Below, in pieces: positions 1 through 9,914 of a stretch of DNA of 23,427 nt. Below the pieces are notes generated by a model. It saw nothing but the letters and a program-made list of their open reading frames with translations. It had not been told where the DNA came from and searched no databases. Source of the stretch: Minutocellus sp. GHC0000111 (Eukaryota); assembly GCA_977018835.1 (NCBI GenBank), contig OZ361258.1, positions 5,022,001 to 5,045,427 of the forward strand, written 5' to 3'. The stretch's first letter is position 1. Every line of letters starts with the position of its first letter. The translations under genes and the position numbers were made by a program.

Positions 1-1
1 A

Positions 2-2424
2 GGTCAACGGACCGGCGACAGAGTTCGAAGAGGGGGTGGCCGAGATGATGCCTTCCGTTCCACCGTCCGTGCCGGCAATACTGCGTCGGCACGAGGGCGT
101 CGCGATATGGATGCGTATGGAGCCACGGGCTTCACGTCGAGTGGCCGCATGGGTAGCAGCTCTGGTGATGATCTCAATATCGCGACTCGTGGTCGATCAA
201 GAAACATTGAGCCAATCCGTCGAACTGATTCCGACTCTTACTTTTCCAGTGACTTTTCCGGCGACGATGAGAGCGATGCGACACCCTCGCAGTCCTCCTT
301 TCTCAGTGCCAGCAGCCACACGGACGATGGATCCCAAAATGTGAACGAGAGGACCTCTTTGCTGCCTCCACCTGGTATTAGCTCCCACGAACCCCCGTCA
401 CGTCAATCTCGAGCTGATCGCGCGTCATCTAGCCACGATAGGCGCTATCGTGACCGTCGAGAGAGAAGATCGAGGCGAAATCGTGATCGTCGATACAACC
501 ATGACGAATCGCACGGAGGACGGCGGGGTGGCGAATCAAGATCGAGAGATGTTCGTCGACAACACCGATCGGACCGTCGAGATCGCTATCGTTACCGCCG
601 GGAGCAAGAGTATAGCGACGACAGCGAAGACTACGAGCTATCCGCTTCGTCAGCGTCCTCATCGCAGTACCGCCGCTGGGCAAGGAAGAAGGACCGCCTT
701 CTGGAGAGAGAAAAGGAAAGGCTCATCGCCCAGTGGAAGGCGGAGGAGGAGGCGCGTCGGCAACAAGAGGAGGCTAATCGCTGGTACAAACGCTTTGGCC
801 GATGGAGTAGCGACCGCGCACATCGAATGGGCGTGGCAGCGAGCAAGTTCACGACCTTGACAGGGGCCTTCATCAGTAACATGCCTCTAACGATCAACGC
901 CGTCGCTTTGGCAATCGCTGTGCTAGGCGTGGTGTGGTTCAAATTCGCCGAAGAGAACCTCGACAGCTGCATGCCCGTGCATTTCCATTCGCCGCAATGC
1001 ACCTTCCCCGAGTTTCCCGGATGCTTCTACTGCGATACCAGCACGGTCATGTACAAGGTGGCTGTGTACTTCCACTACGCTTGCTCTTTCGTCGCTGGTT
1101 GCATGGCTATGCTCTTCTTTGCCAAGGTCATCATTGCTCGACGTGTCGTCGTCGATGAGCTGAGCTCTCCCACGACGGCAGCACCAGCTGGCCTTATGTG
1201 CATGACCATGGTGTGTGTGTTTGCCGGTCGTGGCATTATTGGAAAGGTCCTCGTCACTTTGGCAGCCAGTATGCATCTCATGCTCGCCATGTGGTATATT
1301 TACATGGCCTTGGCATATCGAATCCTTCCCGATCCGTCTTGGTTCCCCAACACCATTGGCATTGGTCTAAGCGCTGTCAAGACATGGCTGTACTATCCGA
1401 TGGCCGGCCATTTTCTGATGGGCATTTCGTTGACGCTCATCTGCTTCTTCTTCCCAATCAGTCTTATCCGTGTTGCCATCAACAACAAGATCTCTGCTCC
1501 TGTTGGTTGGATTCAAATGTCGGCCCCGGCGGTGGCTTTGTATGCGCTGACAATCATGGCCCAGCCATCATTTGAAGAAGAACATCCCGACGTGACCAAC
1601 TTTCAGCGTGTTCATCGCATGGTGTACCTGCCCTGCATGCACGGGCTATTTGCGCTATCGATCATCGGTGCCATCTCGAGTGTCCAAAGTCTCTTTGCTC
1701 GCTGGGGAAGCATCCGAACCAAAGCATTTTGTCCAGCACATGCGGCATTTTGTTTTCCGACTCTAGCTCACGCCAATGCCGTACAAGCCTACCGCGGCGC
1801 CATCGATGCCTTTTCTGGTATTCCAGACGGCAGTCCGATCTTGGTTGCGATCTACATGTATTGGGTCTTTGTTCTGGTCGGTGGTACCATCACAACCTTC
1901 ATCATCACATCGAAGTTCATTTATCATTTGCCCGAGTGGACGCAGATTGATGTGTCCGACGAGATTGAGCCACCGGCTCCCAAGGAAACCATGATGAGAG
2001 TGAGATTGTGCTCACTGGAGAAACTCTCCGACAGAGATATGTCAGTCCAGCTGTCCTGCAGGCCAACGAGGCTGGTGCACTGGTTAGGCTACCCGATCAG
2101 TATGGTCGATCTCGATATGTCCGTACGCGAAAAGTTACCGCTTTAGGTTTCGAACCGATCATGACCATTCTGGAACTCGACGAAGAACGAGAGAAGCTTT
2201 TGGATTGGGTGGCCAAGAATCCGGCCAAGCAAAGACATCGCACTCTCTCCGTGCCTGGCATCGATTTTAACTATGGCTATGGCGACTTTCGTGGAAGCGG
2301 CGTCTTCGATGGCAACATGGCCGAGGAGGGTCGTGGTTCGACTTATCTCAGCACCCGCAATCGGAGCATGACGCATGATGGAGGAAACTCTGACAGAAGA
2401 CGGTCGCATACGATTATGTATTAA
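2..2424 (+). pseudogene. SLAC1/TDT-family (voltage-dependent anion channel / C4-dicarboxylate transporter) membrane protein, 5'-partial, frameshifted near 1997
   Basis: The frame of ORF 107..2146 is open back to base 2. A long Arg/Ser/Asp-rich N-terminus precedes about 10 hydrophobic helices with TDT-like motifs PSWFPNTIGIG, IQMSAPAVAL and AAFCFPTLAHANA. After PAPKETMM (atgatg-ag-agtgagattgtgctcact) plausible protein continues in the frame of ORF 2008..2424 (SEIVLTGETLRQRYVSPAVLQANEAGALVR...). The gap is too small for an intron. It may be a functional gene if the indel is an assembly error. Confidence 0.75.
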
Positions 2425-2542
2425 TGACAGCTTTAACCGCCTTTTAGCAAACATTACAATTGTTCATAAAGAATCATTATTCATAACATCTTTTATACGT
2501 TTGAATTAGCCTCTACCTAGCTAGCTAGTTACAGATCTGGCA

Positions 2543-3618
2543 CTACCGCACTCGACTTTGAATAAACCAGTTGACAGACCCAGACTGATGGATTCTTAAG
2601 TGTCCAGATACTTAATGGTGAGGTATGGACCTTTGTCATTGCTGTCTCCATTCAACCGACGCAGCAGCCGGCTTGGCAGATAGAAGGAAAGTCTGCCAAA
2701 CAATCTGGGAAAGCGAGATTTGCGCAAGATGTCCACTCGTTTGAAAGACAGGTCTATCTGAGTATCACTCACAGGAGTACCTTCGACCACAAGAAGACCA
2801 CCCAGCTTGCCCTGTTCAAAGTCCACCACGTTGGTCAGCGTACCGTCCTCACAGTCAATGTTCTGCGACGTGCTGATTTTCCCTCGTCTCTCATTTTTGT
2901 CAAAGGAGGCATCCGCCGCGGTGGTAAATCGCAGCTTCCACTTGCCACAAAGCTTGCAATCTGCGGGATCACCACCGTCGTACCCTCGAAAGCCGTAGGT
3001 GGGATTGGGCGTCGGGTTGAGCTTGACGAGTTCTTCCGCGATATCGAGGATGGCCCTGCCGTCGTCGCCTATGTCAAGAGGCTTTTGACGGAATTTATCC
3101 GTGGTGATGACACTCTTGTTCTTCTTGTGATTTCGAGTTTTCTTTCCGGATATTTTGGATATGATGCGCCTCAGCAGACGAGTGACGCTGTATCCATCCT
3201 TTTGTTGATCAACTTCCTTGTGGATATTCCTATCACTTCCAACCGCCATCTGATCCTGGAAGAGATCGTCAATCTGCCGCCGGATCTTGTACTCGTCGGC
3301 CGCGTCGAGCAGTCGTCGCTTGAGATTCTGACGCTTCTTTTGCAGGACTTGATCCGATTGGAGGAATGTGAGAGTACTCTCGTGGACCTCGGGTGGGAGG
3401 GACGAGGCGTACGATCGCGGCGACGATCGTTTGATGATTTTGGTAGATTTCATTAACTTGGATGCAGATGGGACCGTGATGGTTCGAGACGATGCAGGAA
3501 TGAAGGCATCGACGACACCGACAGGTGGAACAGAAGAATGCGATTGTAGCGAGACAACGGCGAGAAGAAGAGCAGCGCCGAGAAGAAGGCTGGTCACGTT
3601 TGTGCTGCGCTGATGCAT
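2543..3618 (-). pseudogene. PAP/fibrillin-domain plastid protein with a frameshift near the C-terminus
   Basis: ATG at 3618 (MHQRSTNV), a hydrophobic signal LLLGAALLLAVVSL and VDAF (ASAFAP-like). Fibrillin motifs: AEELVKLNPTPNP, LCGKWKLRFTTA, IKYLD. The ORF stops at YLDT* (2596), but the expected tail LRIHQSGSVNWFIQSRVR* lies in another frame and ends at TAG 2545-2543. Confidence 0.75.
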
Positions 3619-3901
3619 ATCTGCAGTATTGTTTTGATATGGTGTCAAACGACGATTCGAATGCATAGTATAGAATGTGTGGACTGATGAATCAAAGATG
3701 CGGGAATTTGTGAGCACATCACATGCGGGTTTGAGCACTAGCCATGTTCCTCGAAGCATGCATGCAGACTTTCGATAGAATTCTACAAAAGGTTCGCAGC
3801 GACTCGATGCGAACCTGTAGTTATCACCCCCTCTGGTAATGATGTTGACTACAGAGTGATTTCACGAGAGAGCAGACACCCCCTCCGCGATGTTTCGTAA
3901 A

Positions 3902-3988
3902 CATTGTACCAACTTCCTTTTATTGATGATCCTTACTCAGAAGGGTATTGTAGACCATAATCAACAATAAAAGGAAGTTGGTACAATG
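3902..3988. repeat. Long inverted repeat / hairpin (24-bp perfect stem, 28 of 29 bp paired overall)
   Basis: cattgtaccaacttccttttattg (3902-3925) is the exact reverse complement of 3965-3988. After one A/A mismatch, tgat 3927-3930 pairs with atca 3960-3963. The loop is 29 nt. Confidence 0.95.
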
Positions 3989-6051
3989 ATCTTGGTGCTC
4001 TTTTAGCACATGATATAGATACGGTATTAGAGTGTTTCTTTTGGTACACTATTGTTTGAAAATTTATTTTTATGTCGTAGAATACACTTGTGCTGTTTCA
4101 AGAAAGAAAAAATACATCAAACTTTATAACGAAACAAAACCCATTTCGTTCAACGAATGGGGCCACAACATGTGTCGCCGACGTGCCTCCCATTGAGAAC
4201 AATCAAGACTACGGGGCACCATACCCTTGTAATAGCCTTTCACAACACTGTGGTGCATTACTTTTTTGAGCCTTGAAAAATTCGTTCGCGTTAGACCCGA
4301 TTTTTTCGACAGTTTCCGACGTTCCATCACGACCATGTTCGCCCGATGTACAGCACCACCCCGGCCATCGCATACACTCTGACCACCTAGATGCCTTCCT
4401 GAATATTACTGGAAGGGATTTTTGGGCGATAGCGGTGCGTCGGTGCGTGCCTGTACCGCGAAATGTGGCCCAGCGCCATTACCACCCCCATTACACCACC
4501 CATCCGAAAGTTGGTCCGGATGCTTTTATGCGGTCCATGCACCACTTCCGTTGCACTGAGCCGTCGACGCTTCACCCATATATATACCAAGCGCATTTGA
4601 GTGGGGGGTGGTGGCATTTCTTGACAATTCATAGAGAAAACTATTCCCAAAGTCCCGTGTCTGATGTCGGCACCAGATTTCACCTTCATTGCTTCTGCCG
4701 CCCGAGAGGAACGAAACCGGAGAAAGCGGCCAAACCAACACGTGAGATCGATGGATGTAATATAGAATGAGCATCGTGCGTGCTGATATTGCGTGAAGGA
4801 ACAGTGGTTGAGGCTTGAAGGGGGTTGTAGTTGGGGATTTGCTACTTTCAGATGTTTTTACTTTCCATGGTGACGGCCACAATGATACAAAGATGGGGCC
4901 CAATATCGACCCTCTGGCGCAAACTTGCTCCCAATATTACCCAAGTGAAAGTAATGCCGGTCAGGGAGGATTGAAATGGATGTAGACAAGCATCAGCCAT
5001 CATTCTTTGCCATTTTGAGGGTAAAAAAATATTGAAAATTTCTGGGCATGAGGAGATGTTGCTAAAATAGCACATGATGTACGAATGAGTTTGCTTTCAA
5101 GTATGCAATACTCACCTAACGCATGTAGTTGGCGTATACATCGGTTGGCTTGGAGTTATTTATCGTTATACCATCATTTGGTGGCCTTCTTGTGGAGATG
5201 AATTCTCCTTGCTTTCGCCGTGTTGAGAGAGGCCATTTAGTGGGTTCATTTTTGCGCTGCATAAAGTATCGCACAAAAAAATTTCCTAGTGCCTTACTGT
5301 TACCCTAACAGCGCTTGCCATATGGCGAAGGTTCGCCGAATCGACTCGTGACTAAACACGCGGTAGCTCCTTCCTCGTCCTCCTCGGCTACTCACAACAG
5401 GCGGGTCATCTGCCGCGCGCGATTCTCGTTCGGGAGCCGTCGAAGCGAGCAAAATGCACTGCTGAGGTGCGGAAACGATCTAAGGCGAATGCACATGTCA
5501 CTGGCGCTGCCAACGTGGAGTGGGCGATCCACACACATCGTCGGCCGCCGCCGTGGAACGCCTACTTTTATGTGCATCATTTGATTTTGATATGCAGCGG
5601 CGCAAAGCACAAGTGTCGGCAAGAGTCTCGCGCTCGACAAAAATGGATTTGTGTCTGCGGCTGTGGCAGATTGTCTTGCGCATATTCGAGGTTGATAGCC
5701 GAGGACGAATGCACCAGCAACAGCAAATGTAGCGTCGTCGCTTTGTGCCTGTTTGCGTGGTTCGGTAGACCGCATCTTGAGGATGACTTGCATGATGGTC
5801 TACCGTATTCCATCCGACCAAGCATGTTGTACATGCTGAATATCTATTTGTTAATGTGCTATTTTACATGCTATGTACAGTAGAACAATACATGTAATAA
5901 CAGATTCAAAGCAAGTACCAGTAGATCTAGATCTAATATATTTTTACATGCATTCATGAATTCAAATATGCATCTTTATGTATTTACATATCTAATCCAA
6001 TCAAATACTGCGTGCATGGCCATCATGTTTCTCAATTAGTCACTCAGGTAC

Positions 6052-6396
6052 ATCAGCACGTGCATTCTGTGCATGCTGGCCAACTTTGACGATGAGTTCG
6101 GTGTCGTTGGGTTGGGCGATGCCTTTCCAATGACGAAGATGACCATGGGAGTGATATTTGCCGTGGCCTTTGTGGTTTGTCGATGCGTCCTGTGGCCCAT
6201 CTGCACCTATCACTTTATGAACGATACCAAATTGGCGTTGCAATGCGACAGCGAGCTGGCCCAGAAGCGCAAGGGTTGGATCAAGCTGTTTCGGTATTCG
6301 TCGATGAGTCTGAGCGTCCTGCAGGTCATTTGGTTGGGGGAGATTGTCATGACCCTCAAGAGAGAGCTGGAGAAGATGTCAGAGGCATTGGTATAG
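6052..6396 (+). pseudogene. C-terminal fragment of a TLC (TRAM/LAG1/CLN8)-domain membrane protein, 5'-truncated
   Basis: ISTCILCMLANFDD...GVIFAVAFVVCRCVLWP...LSVLQVIWLGEIV matches the TLC pattern (E-x-S-T...F..F...R...L..LQ..W...I). There is an in-frame TAG at 6037-6039 and no recognisable upstream TLC exons in 5314-6040. Confidence 0.65.
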
Positions 6397-6507
6397 TCAG
6401 TAATAGGCTAGCTAGATAAAATGTATGAATAGTATGGAACCCGATGTGAGATACCCTCCTATTATATATACCTAGAGGTATAGATATAAGACGATATTGT
6501 TAGCAAA

Positions 6508-7014
6508 TCATCTTCTACTTTTGGGATTGGTGGTAGATTCTAAATGATCATCCATGATCTTGATCAATTCATCGGCATACTCCGGTCGATAATCCTTGAG
6601 CCATTGTCTTACGAACGGCATGTGTGTTTGGCTCTTGTTGGACCCCTCGGTTTCAACTATTTGCAATTCCAGTGAATCATCGATGGCGTCGATGTACTTG
6701 GATGGCGCTTCCAACGTAGCGACTACCGTGGACATCCGTTCCTTGCAGGGATGGCCGCGCATATTCACGTCGACATTCTGCGTCCGCAATCTCTGCAGGA
6801 ATTCATCTGTTTGGCCCGAAGACGGAGCGTCCACCAGTGCAAAGATGTGTCTTGGCCTCGGCTTGTGATGAGTGGCTAAAAATATACAGCCGCCCAACTT
6901 TAATTGCTTGCACCATTTTGACAATAGCTTAGTATATCCCTTGTAATCGTTCATATGATCAAGGTGGACAACGGTCGTTCTCCCGGCTGCGGCGGCCGCC
7001 TTGTCGACAATCAT
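6508..7014 (-). CDS. RWDD2/RWDD3 C-terminal (DUF1115-like) domain protein
   Basis: HLDHMNDYKGYTKLLSKWCKQLKLGG...EFLQRLRTQNVDVNMRGHPCKERMSTV resembles the RWDD3 C-terminal domain (LDHM...Y...W...L.L.G; VDV...G..CKE.M). The first in-frame ATG is at 7014. No RWD domain is seen upstream. Confidence 0.7.
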   Translation of the reverse strand: MIVDKAAAAAGRTTVVHLDHMNDYKGYTKLLSKWCKQLKLGGCIFLATHHKPRPRHIFALVDAPSSGQTDEFLQRLRTQNVDVNMRGHPCKERMSTVVATLEAPSKYIDAIDDSLELQIVETEGSNKSQTHMPFVRQWLKDYRPEYADELIKIMDDHLESTTNPKSRR

Positions 7015-7087
7015 GGTGGGTGGCCGACAATCCCCAGCTGTGTCTGAACTGCCGCCTTGTGCTCGACAATCATGGTGGGTGGCCGAC
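7004..7087. repeat. 25-bp direct repeat (59-bp period) covering the start codon of the RWDD3-like gene
   Basis: tcgacaatcatggtgggtggccgac at 7004-7028 and 7063-7087, each with gccgccttg immediately or shortly before it. Confidence 0.9.
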
Positions 7088-7291
7088 GCAAAGTGGCACT
7101 GACTCAATTTCTTTCCATATTTGAGGTCATTGGTAAACACGTTAAAGTAAAGAAAGGCGTCACATCATGAGCTGCTCCGGTTCAATCCGAAGATACGAGC
7201 CCCCGAGAGAGTACCGCGGAGAGAGAGGTGCTGTCACAACACGTGCTCCATTTCAACAGATTTAGATACTGCCGAGCCGAGCCGAAAGATA

Positions 7292-8456
7292 ATGCACGGA
7301 AGCGGCCACGATATCGACATTAGTTCCGGAGCTGCTTCGAAGACGATGGCAACATCATCTCCAATGAAGGCTCAAGCCTCGTCGTCCCACAGACTCAAAG
7401 CAACCACATGCTCTCTCGACACCTTTGTAACTATCACACTGCACGTTACATTTATCCTCTATTCATTCATAATCTGGTTTGGCGAGCCACTACTCCTCCC
7501 AGCAAACGAAAAGGATTGGTGCTGGTCTGCACAGCACGATTACCCAAATGTCAAGGTTTACGATAATCCCGATTATAACAACAATCCGTGCTACAAGGAG
7601 CGACCACCTCATCTGCTATTTCTGTCTCAAATGGAAATCAGCTTTGCACGCAGAATGTTTACGTCGGTAATACTGGGTGCCGCCATTGGATTTGAACGCA
7701 AAGCGTCCGACCGGCCGGCAGGTATTCGTACCATGAGTTTGGTCACTTTGGGCTCCTCGTTCTTTACATATTGTGGCCAGCTCGCCTTCAGATCGTCAAC
7801 GATGGGCTCCGATGCGGCCCGTGTAGCCGCGGCGATTCCTTCCCGTGTTGGCTTTCTTGGTGCTGGGCTGATTTGGAAGGGCACGGTGGGACAAAAGGGA
7901 ACGCCCGATGAGCGGCATGAGATTCATGGTTTGACTACGGCGGCATCGGTATGGCTGAGCGCTGCAGTTGGTGTAGGCGTGGGGGGGGGGGAGGTTGTAC
8001 GTTGTATCGTTTTATGCCGTGGCTCTGGTCATACTTGTCCTACGGCTTGGGCCAAGGCTTTACTTTCAAGATGATGCTTCGTCGTATGCAAGTGATGGTG
8101 ATTATTATGACGATATGAGTACAGATGACGACGAATCCTTTGCCGGATCTGATGAGATGAGCACTACTTTAAGCGGCACCGAAGCTTCGGATAGGCAACA
8201 ACATGGTTTGGTTTACGGCAACGAACATGATGCGAAACGCATTGCGGGTACAATGCATGACCAACATCCAATACAAAGATCGAGATCTTGCCCGAATCTT
8301 AGTGGGGAAAAGTTTCAAAAAAATGATGAGCAGCAAAGACAAGAAAAGCACCAACGACGAAAGAAGTCAGTTGCGATGCCATCAAGCACTTCTGTCCTTC
8401 GGCTCAAGTCGAAGCTGAAAAGGAGATCTACTGCAGGCGTGAGCTTTCATTCCTAA
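7292..8456 (+). pseudogene. MgtC/SapB-family membrane protein, frameshifted at a G11 run (7981-7991)
   Basis: MgtC motifs LGAAIGFERKASDRPAGIRT, ARVAAAIPSRVGFLGAGLI and HGLTTAASVWLSAAVGVGVG. The last TM helix (RLYVVSFYAVALVILVLRLGP) is in the frame of ORF 7995..8456. The conserved Gly of S-G-[IV]-G-F-L-G is Arg (cgt 7844-7846). Confidence 0.8.
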
Positions 8457-8770
8457 CTAGACAAGAGGTAGGGATGTAATCTTGCTTACAGCTACGAAGA
8501 GAACATGTCATGTATGTAGTTCCTTTTGCGGCGGCAACTGATGAATTGCATCTTTGGCTGAACAAATAACGCTCCAATACACGTGTTACTGGTATCTTCA
8601 ATAACATTAACATCATGGCCTGCGAGTCAAGCAACAAAGATTACTCACAACATGTGCTTCATTTTCCCGAACAGTAAGATACGGCGTCTCCACTACTGAA
8701 ACCCAAGGCAAACCGAAGAACGAGCAACGTAGCTCCAACCATAGTCGCTTATATCGATACGACGAGGAAT

Positions 8771-8820
8771 TGCTTCTGCTTCTGCTTCTGCTTCTACTAC
8801 TGCTACTGCTGCTGCCGCTG
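8771..8820 (+). repeat. Microsatellite (TGCTTC)n grading into (CTA/CTG)n
   Basis: tgcttctgcttctgcttctgcttctactactgctactgctgctgccgctg, just upstream of the LHC ORF. Confidence 0.85.
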
Positions 8821-8831
8821 ACTCCACTCCT

Positions 8832-9551
8832 ATGAGCCGGGCTCTGAAACTTGGTGCATGTGTTTGCGCATGCAATTCATCAATCAGATACCAATTTCGC
8901 CCTGTCCAATTGTCGACTTTCCAAGTCGGTCAAGCCTACGCACTCAATCTCCCCCGTTTCCGTCGGCAAGGTCCACCGCTAATCTCGGAAGAGATGGGAA
9001 TCTCTCGTTTACCAATATTCAACAACGAGTTCTTCGACCCTCTCGAGCTGGCCGATGACGATAATTTTGCCATTTACAGAGAAGCCGAACTGAAGCACGG
9101 GAGGGTCAGCGTGCTGGCGACGCTTGGAATGACCCTTCCCGACTTTTTCAAGGACACTCTGGTACCGGAAAACTTGTACTTGAGCAAATCTCTAGAGCTA
9201 CGGTTCCAGGATGTGCCATGTGGACTGAAGGCGCTGAGCGTGGTCCCTAGAGAAGGTTGGTTGCAGATACTTTTGGCCGTAGGGTTCATCGATACATTTG
9301 TGCTGGTCCAACGAAATTTAAATGCCATGCCCGCAGATTATAATGTAGGTTACTTTGGCCTCGTTGGCAAGGCGCGGCATGAAAATGAATTGGAGGCCGA
9401 GATTGAGATTGGCCGGCTTGCCATGGTTGCGTTTGTCATTCAGGTTGTGGAGGAGCTTGTCAGTGGGAAGTCGGTTGCAGAGTTTTGGTCCAGTCTGGTA
9501 ACATATGCCGAGGGAGATGATGTTGTAATGACGGTGGGTATTCTTCTTTGA
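8832..9551 (+). CDS. Light-harvesting complex (fucoxanthin-chlorophyll a/c-binding, LHC family) protein, possibly degenerate; true start uncertain
   Basis: FFDPLELA, YREAELKHGRVSVLATLG, DVPCGLKAL, GWLQILLAVGFID and EAEIEIGRLAMVAF give the three-helix LHC pattern, with several conserved positions changed. Confidence 0.85.
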   Translation: MSRALKLGACVCACNSSIRYQFRPVQLSTFQVGQAYALNLPRFRRQGPPLISEEMGISRLPIFNNEFFDPLELADDDNFAIYREAELKHGRVSVLATLGMTLPDFFKDTLVPENLYLSKSLELRFQDVPCGLKALSVVPREGWLQILLAVGFIDTFVLVQRNLNAMPADYNVGYFGLVGKARHENELEAEIEIGRLAMVAFVIQVVEELVSGKSVAEFWSSLVTYAEGDDVVMTVGILL

Positions 9552-9798
9552 ATTGAAAGGCAATAAAAGTGGAAATGTTTTTGGTTGCTAGCAGCAGCAG
9601 CAATTCCTCGCCCATGCTATTGTTACAGAAGGGTCTGTCTATGTCTATTAGATCCCGCCCTACAATTTGCTAACAGACTGATTTGCCAAAGTGAATTTTG
9701 CGGGCCAACAGAATAAAGTAAATTCATTTTGTTGCTAATCTAATATTAAAATAAAATAGTATATACAATATACAGTGAAAAGTATATATTGGACAGCT

Positions 9799-9836
9799 TA
9801 TTACAAATCAGCAAAGAATGTCACTAGTAGGCGAGT
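9799..9836 (+). repeat. 38-bp dispersed repeat, copy 1
   Basis: tattacaaatcagcaaagaatgtcactagtaggcgagt; 37/38 identical to 18103-18140. Confidence 0.95.
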
Positions 9837-9914
9837 TAGGTGATCGTCGATACAAAGACCAACGGTCAAATCCCAGCGAACTACCAACAGCTTATGTACA
9901 AGAAAGAGATGAGG

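Noticed and set aside
3680..3960. Hammerhead ribozyme (ctgatga at 3684; ctgagta in the hairpin loop, minus strand), as in telomeric Penelope-like elements
   Set aside because: There is no correctly placed GAAA or stem I/III, the second core does not match CUGANGA, and no RT ORF is nearby.
4124..5075. ORFs 4273..4770, 4387..4689, 4526..4903 and 4848..5075 as a transposase, Rep or Fanzor remnant
   Set aside because: In the frames I translated by eye I found no DDE, HUH, RuvC, RT or zinc-finger motifs, and stops are frequent. A degraded gene cannot be excluded without TBLASTN/HMM searches.
5302..5309. accctaac as a telomerase RNA template or interstitial telomere
   Set aside because: It is only 8 nt (1.3 units), expected by chance, and no supporting repeats or recognisable RNA context are present.
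5286..5311. Helitron 3' end on the minus strand (hairpin followed by CTAG)
   Set aside because: The hairpin is only 6 bp and AT-rich, CTAG is followed by G rather than T, and no matching 5' TC end was identified.
7004..7087. Repeat-spacer-repeat resembling a minimal CRISPR array
   Set aside because: There are only two copies in a eukaryotic gene start with no cas genes. A local duplication explains it.
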